Shown here: positions 59,836-64,000 of the stretch, piece by piece
How the letters are laid out: every line of letters begins with the position of its first letter
Numbering within the stretch: position 1 is the first letter of the stretch
IMG/VR virus record: IMGVR_UViG_3300010262_000137
Location: 1-64,000 of that record
Origin: a virus
Lineage: Duplodnaviria > Caudoviricetes
Length of the DNA stretch: 64,000 bases
Reading direction: 5' to 3' (one strand)
The notes under the pieces: model-generated
Database searches by the model: none
Seen by the model: the letters and a program-made list of their open reading frames with translations, nothing else
What the model was told of the DNA's origin: nothing
Position numbers and translations under genes: made by a program

Positions 59836-60718
59836 TATCTTTTATCCAAATACTTCAGTATTGAAAAATAAGTTAAATATTAAAGATAACAAAAGATTGA
59901 ATGCTATTGAAAGTCAGATAGTCATGCACAAAAAAACAATAATAGATCAAGTGATGAACATATCGCATGGCAATGATTTTAATATGGAAAGATTAAAGGA
60001 TATACATCATTTCTTATTTGATGATATTTATGATTGGGCTGGTACATTTAGAACAAATGATATATATAGAACTGAAGAAGTTCTAGGTGGAAAGACAATG
60101 TCATTTACTGAAAGTAATCAAATTGAAAAACAACTTTTACAGATTATGAAATATTACAATTCTCCAAGATGGAATTACCAAGATATTTCAGATGAAGTAA
60201 AGCTACATGGATGGATGGAGTTGTTAAGTAACTTGTTTCAAGTTCATATGTTTAATGAAGGTAACACTTATACAAGTGTTGCTTTTGCTTTACAGTTTGC
60301 TGATAAAGTTGGATTACAATTAAATAAGGAATACTTTTTTGAAAACTCAAAATATTTAAGAGATTGTCTTTGCTTATACTGTAATGGCGAAGGAACAAAT
60401 CTTATGTCTTTTGTTTCTCAAGCATTTCAGCAAGAAGCTAGTCCAAATCTATTAGAACTAAAGAGTAATATTTTTGAAAAAATGACAATACCAGAAATAA
60501 ATAAAACTTTTGATTCATGGTTGCAGGAATATAACAATCCAATTATTAACAACTATATTCATGTTAATATGAGAAAAGTTATAGCAGCTATGCAAGAAGA
60601 ATCATATTCATCTATGGAACTAATCAAAGAAAAGTTTATGACAGTTGTAGATGATCTGCTAGATCATGATTTTAGAAATGAACAATTTAATGAAATCGAA
60701 GATAACGAATTAGAATAA
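59828..60718 (+). CDS. Fic-domain protein with acidic tail
   Basis: YPNTSVLKNKLNI, IHHFLFDDIYDWAGTFRT, HMFNEGNTYT. Confidence 0.85.
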   Translation: MNNIFYPNTSVLKNKLNIKDNKRLNAIESQIVMHKKTIIDQVMNISHGNDFNMERLKDIHHFLFDDIYDWAGTFRTNDIYRTEEVLGGKTMSFTESNQIEKQLLQIMKYYNSPRWNYQDISDEVKLHGWMELLSNLFQVHMFNEGNTYTSVAFALQFADKVGLQLNKEYFFENSKYLRDCLCLYCNGEGTNLMSFVSQAFQQEASPNLLELKSNIFEKMTIPEINKTFDSWLQEYNNPIINNYIHVNMRKVIAAMQEESYSSMELIKEKFMTVVDDLLDHDFRNEQFNEIEDNELE

Positions 60719-60720
60719 AC

Positions 60721-60762
60721 AAAACCTAGACTTCACACTTCAAAGTGAAATCTAGGTTTTTT
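60721..60762 (+). terminator. intrinsic terminator after the Fic gene
   Basis: AAAACCTAGA...TCTAGGTTTT stem plus T tract. Confidence 0.7.
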
Positions 60763-60876
60763 ATTTTTAGGACGGCAACTTGCCGTAAAAAAACTAATTT
60801 TTTTTTGCTCAAGACTTCTGCGATTTTTAAAAGCATGATAAAATATGAATAGAAAAACAGAAAGGAGTATACAGAA

Positions 60877-61422
60877 ATGTTCAAATTTCAATATAGAAGC
60901 AAAAAAAGGGAGTTAAATTTGATTAAGAATGATACATTAGAAAATGATACAAATATATGTGAAACAAGTAGTATATCTAAATATACAGAAGTAGAAATAG
61001 CTAATAAAAGATTATTCAATATCAAAAACCGCATGGTAACGAAAAAACAAAATAATAAGATTTATGATAAAAACAAAAACAGCATAATAATATGTACAAG
61101 TTTTACTATTTCAGTATATATCTTTCTTGGCATGATAGCACAATTTGATTGGTTAGGAATTGGTGAAGAAAATCAGTTTTATTTTTCTTTGTTAAATAAA
61201 ATTATAGAGTTAATTTATTTTCCGACATTTATTTGGCTTTTTGGAAATAGTATTTATAAAGTAAATGAAAATAAAAAGAGAAATCAAGAACTAAGAAAAG
61301 AATTCTTGGATTTAGCAACTCCCTTATACGTTTCTAACGAATTAGACAAAAAACTCATAGATTTTTTTGAATATTTAATATCTGATGACAAAGCAAAATA
61401 TGATTATGATATTGATTTTTAA
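60877..61422 (+). CDS. hypothetical two-TM membrane protein
   Basis: Two hydrophobic segments; AGGAG RBS. Confidence 0.55.
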   Translation: MFKFQYRSKKRELNLIKNDTLENDTNICETSSISKYTEVEIANKRLFNIKNRMVTKKQNNKIYDKNKNSIIICTSFTISVYIFLGMIAQFDWLGIGEENQFYFSLLNKIIELIYFPTFIWLFGNSIYKVNENKKRNQELRKEFLDLATPLYVSNELDKKLIDFFEYLISDDKAKYDYDIDF

Positions 61423-61693
61423 ATTCAGAAAAATCAAATCCGGCAAGTTGCCGGATTTTATATTGTTTACAATAAAATCTCCAGTTAGGCTGGGGGCTCT
61501 ATTAAGAATTTGAATATGTTAGTGTTTATATAAAAAAGTACCATATTAAACAATATAATTATTTAAAAAACTTTGTTAAATTTTTTATAATAAACGATAA
61601 TTTAGAAATTAAAATAATTCCGATAAATAGAAGATAAATTAAGTTTTATTAAAATGTGCTTTTTCTTTACTTTTTGTAAAGTAAAGAAAAACA

Positions 61694-61738
61694 TTGCAAA
61701 AAATCTAGAAATACATGTAAAGTCAAGTGTGATAAAAT
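61694..61738 (+). promoter_or_regulatory. conserved promoter-like element, copy B
   Basis: 39/45 identical to 11559-11603. Confidence 0.55.
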
Positions 61739-61744
61739 GGTAAT

Positions 61745-61860
61745 ATGGAAGTAATGGGTAGATACTTCCATACCTTTCTGTGCATTATTCAAGTGCTTTC
61801 CCTGTGAATAATGACTTATAAAATAAAAGTACGGCATATATTGTCGTATTTTTATTTTTT
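61745..61860 (+). ncRNA. putative small structured RNA
   Basis: Hairpins GGAAGTA/TACTTCC and CATTATTCA/TGAATAATG, plus terminator-like TACGGC/GTCGTA with T tract; no RBS-led ORF. Confidence 0.4.
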
Positions 61861-61928
61861 CAAAGACACTTAAAGAATTTTACGATCTTGTTTTATTGAT
61901 GATATATAAGTGTTCTTTAAAAAAATAA

Positions 61929-62261
61929 TTGTTGCAATATATTAAGGAGGAAATTGTTTATATGAAAAATGAAAAACAAAAAATTGATCAATGTGTAAAA
62001 ATATCTCGTGAATTAAATCAATTAGAGCATGATGATATATTGCTGATTTATAGAATGCTCAGTGATGAAAGGAAAGATGATATTGAGTTTTGTTATTTAT
62101 ATAATATTGTTAGCGAAGAATTAGATATTTCATTTGAAGATAAAATTATTTTTTTAAACAAGACTATAAGTGATTATTATGAAGTTGAATATAATAAAAC
62201 ATTATTAGAATTTTTAAAAGAAAGAATTGTGGAAAGTAATATATATGTTAAATCAAAATAA
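61929..62261 (+). CDS. hypothetical protein
   Basis: AGGAGG RBS before the internal ATG. Confidence 0.5.
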   Translation: MLQYIKEEIVYMKNEKQKIDQCVKISRELNQLEHDDILLIYRMLSDERKDDIEFCYLYNIVSEELDISFEDKIIFLNKTISDYYEVEYNKTLLEFLKERIVESNIYVKSK

Positions 62262-62397
62262 GAGGGAGGAAGTAAATGAGTATTTTGGCTAGTTTTACTA
62301 TGTCTTATTGTTATCTATAATGCTAAATATGAAAATAGGTTGAAAATCAAATAAAAACTATTTATCATAAATGTGTAAGATAAGGGAGGACAAATAT

Positions 62398-63624
62398 ATG
62401 AAAGTATCAAAACAATTAAAAAGCGGAATCATATTGTCTATGATCATACCAACATTATATGCATGTAATAGTCAGATATTACATACAAAAGAAGAACTAA
62501 CTGTTGAGTTTGGAAATCCAATTTCAACAAATATTCAAGATTATTTAGATACTGAAAAAATCGACAAGGAAGATTTGACTAAAATTCTTGCTGAAACAAA
62601 GTTGACAATCAAGGAAGATAAATTAGTTGAAGAACAAAAGTACCAAGCAATCGGTGATTATATTATCGAACTTGTCTTTGATGATGAAAAGGCAGAGATC
62701 AAGGTATCTGTTAAAGATACGATAAAGCCAGTATTCAAGAATTTTAAAACTTCTTTAGAATATATCAAAGATTGTAAGCCAAGTTCCGAAGATTTGATTA
62801 AGCAATTCAATGCAGAAGATTTAGCAAACGTAACAATTACAGTTGATGACAGCAAGGTAGACTATTCTAAAGAGGGTAGTTATCAAGCAACTGTAAAAGC
62901 TGTTGATGAAAGCAAGAATGAGATTTCACAAGAAACAACAATCAAGATTGTAAAACCAACAATCAAGTTAGATGTTTCAAAGAAATCAGTTTATGCAAAA
63001 GAAAGTTTTGTTTTAAATCCAACAATCAAAGGTAAAGAAACAAAGGCAACATTTAAGTCAAGCAACACATCAGTTGCAACTGTATCTGATAGTGGGAAAG
63101 TAACTGCCAAGAAAAAAGGTAGTGCAACTATCACAGCCACTGCAAATGGTGTCAATGCAACTTGCAAGGTAACAGTTAAGGCTGTTCCGAGTGGTTCTAA
63201 GACAACAACACAAACAGTAACAAACCCAACAACTGGTAAGACAGAAGAAGTTATTGTCATTAAGCCTACTGAACCAAGCACAGCAAGTGCAACAACTTCA
63301 AGAGAGGCATTTAATCTATTCAATCAAGAACGTGTAAAAGCAGGATTGACCGAATTACAGTGGGATAATAATTTGGCGAATTCGGCTAAAATTAGAGCAG
63401 AGGAAATAATCGTTAAATATGGACATGTTAGACCAGATGGAAGTAATCCATTAGATATGCCTAATGTATGGGGTGAAATTATATGTAATAGACCAAATGC
63501 AAAAATGGCAGTAAATGCTTGGATGAATAGTACAGGTCATAAACATGCAATATTAGATAGTGACTATACAAAGTGTGCAGTTGCAAGATGTGGTGAGTAT
63601 TGGGTAGGGTTATTTGGTAAATAA
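62398..63624 (+). CDS. surface lipoprotein with Ig-like (Big_2) and CAP/SCP domains
   Basis: Signal peptide with LYAC lipobox-like site, ATFKSSNTSVATVSDSGKVTAKKKG, AVNAWMNSTGHKHAIL. Confidence 0.8.
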   Translation: MKVSKQLKSGIILSMIIPTLYACNSQILHTKEELTVEFGNPISTNIQDYLDTEKIDKEDLTKILAETKLTIKEDKLVEEQKYQAIGDYIIELVFDDEKAEIKVSVKDTIKPVFKNFKTSLEYIKDCKPSSEDLIKQFNAEDLANVTITVDDSKVDYSKEGSYQATVKAVDESKNEISQETTIKIVKPTIKLDVSKKSVYAKESFVLNPTIKGKETKATFKSSNTSVATVSDSGKVTAKKKGSATITATANGVNATCKVTVKAVPSGSKTTTQTVTNPTTGKTEEVIVIKPTEPSTASATTSREAFNLFNQERVKAGLTELQWDNNLANSAKIRAEEIIVKYGHVRPDGSNPLDMPNVWGEIICNRPNAKMAVNAWMNSTGHKHAILDSDYTKCAVARCGEYWVGLFGK

Positions 63625-63906
63625 AATTTAATAAGTTTTACAGTGGAAACATATATTGATGTTTTCACTTTTTTCTATTTAAAAAAACGAGGAGATGAAT
63701 AAAGTAATGAGTTTAATAATTATATATTATTATAATAGTGGTTTTGGCTGACATCATTAAGATGTCAACATGGAGTACATGATTAAGGATATATCGACGG
63801 ATATATCTTTTTTATTTTTGAAATGAATTCTTATAAGAAGTTATTTTACAGAGTTGAATACAGCAACTTTAAAATTGTAAATTATAAATAAGAGAGAGGA
63901 AAGTTT

Positions 63907-64000
63907 ATGAAAATCAAGAAATTTTGTAAGAAGATAGGTATGATTACACTATCATTTTTAATGATGCTATCGTGTGTTAATTTACAAGGTTTCCAAGATG
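63907..64000 (+). CDS. partial ORF with signal peptide (runs off the window)
   Basis: AGAGAGGA RBS; basic N-terminus followed by a hydrophobic core. Confidence 0.4.
   Translation, partial: MKIKKFCKKIGMITLSFLMMLSCVNLQGFQD

Larger units (their letters stand above)
57174..61454. repeat. intergenic palindrome, right cluster (6 copies)
   Basis: Copies start at 57174, 57943, 59032, 59448, 60772, 61440 (variant CCGGCAAGTTGCCGG). Confidence 0.95.
1975..64000 (+). mobile_element. putative integrated conjugative-type element or integrated plasmid (boundaries unknown, may extend past the window)
   Basis: Follows tRNA genes; carries ParA/ParB, relaxase-like, recombinase-like, TA, toprim, LPD11, JAB, DprA and Fic genes, all co-oriented. 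No att repeat, VirB4 or VirD4 seen in the window. Confidence 0.55.

Noticed and set aside
14364-61454. Palindrome array as a classical integron (attC sites)
   Set aside because: No RYYYAAC/GTTRRRY boxes, sites are only 15-23 bp, and no intact IntI-type integrase is present in the window
14364-61454. Palindrome as a DNA uptake sequence
   Set aside because: Strictly intergenic and confined to the island array; not seen in the prophage or the chromosomal part
558-63323. Numerous 60-130 aa ORFs overlapping longer genes on the opposite strand or in another frame
   Set aside because: Shadow ORFs of well-supported genes, without RBS or motif support

Overview
Low-GC Bacillota DNA (probably Erysipelotrichales; inference) with three nested layers. 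(1) A short chromosomal stretch: YihY-family gene, tRNA-Ser(GCT), tRNA-Asp(GTC). (2) From about 2 kb onward, an integrated plasmid/ICE-like island with ParA/ParB, degenerate recombinase- and relaxase-like genes, a Phd-RelE toxin-antitoxin pair and a long co-oriented gene array. The array genes are unrelated (toprim, LPD11, JAB/RadC, HAD nucleotidase, DprA, DNA MTase, Fic), most share an acidic C-terminal tail (EEDYEME-like), and they are separated by 14 copies of the palindrome ACGGCAA(G/C)TTGCCGT. (3) A Mu-like transposable myophage at 20781-56242 (TGTAA...TTACA ends, ATCAA target duplication) that splits one array gene in frame. The phage carries a diversity-generating retroelement (DGR) with a very unusual layout, which is the strongest candidate for a new system. 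Instead of one template repeat it has a tandem array of three full non-identical templates plus one deleted unit. The target variable region is explained with adenine-only changes only as a mosaic of all three templates. Each full template is preceded by a 12-nt selector that can base-pair (G-U tolerant) with one single docking sequence in the spacer before the RT. In this copy the RT has an in-frame TAA at codon 42. No database searches were possible; family calls come from motif recognition by eye.
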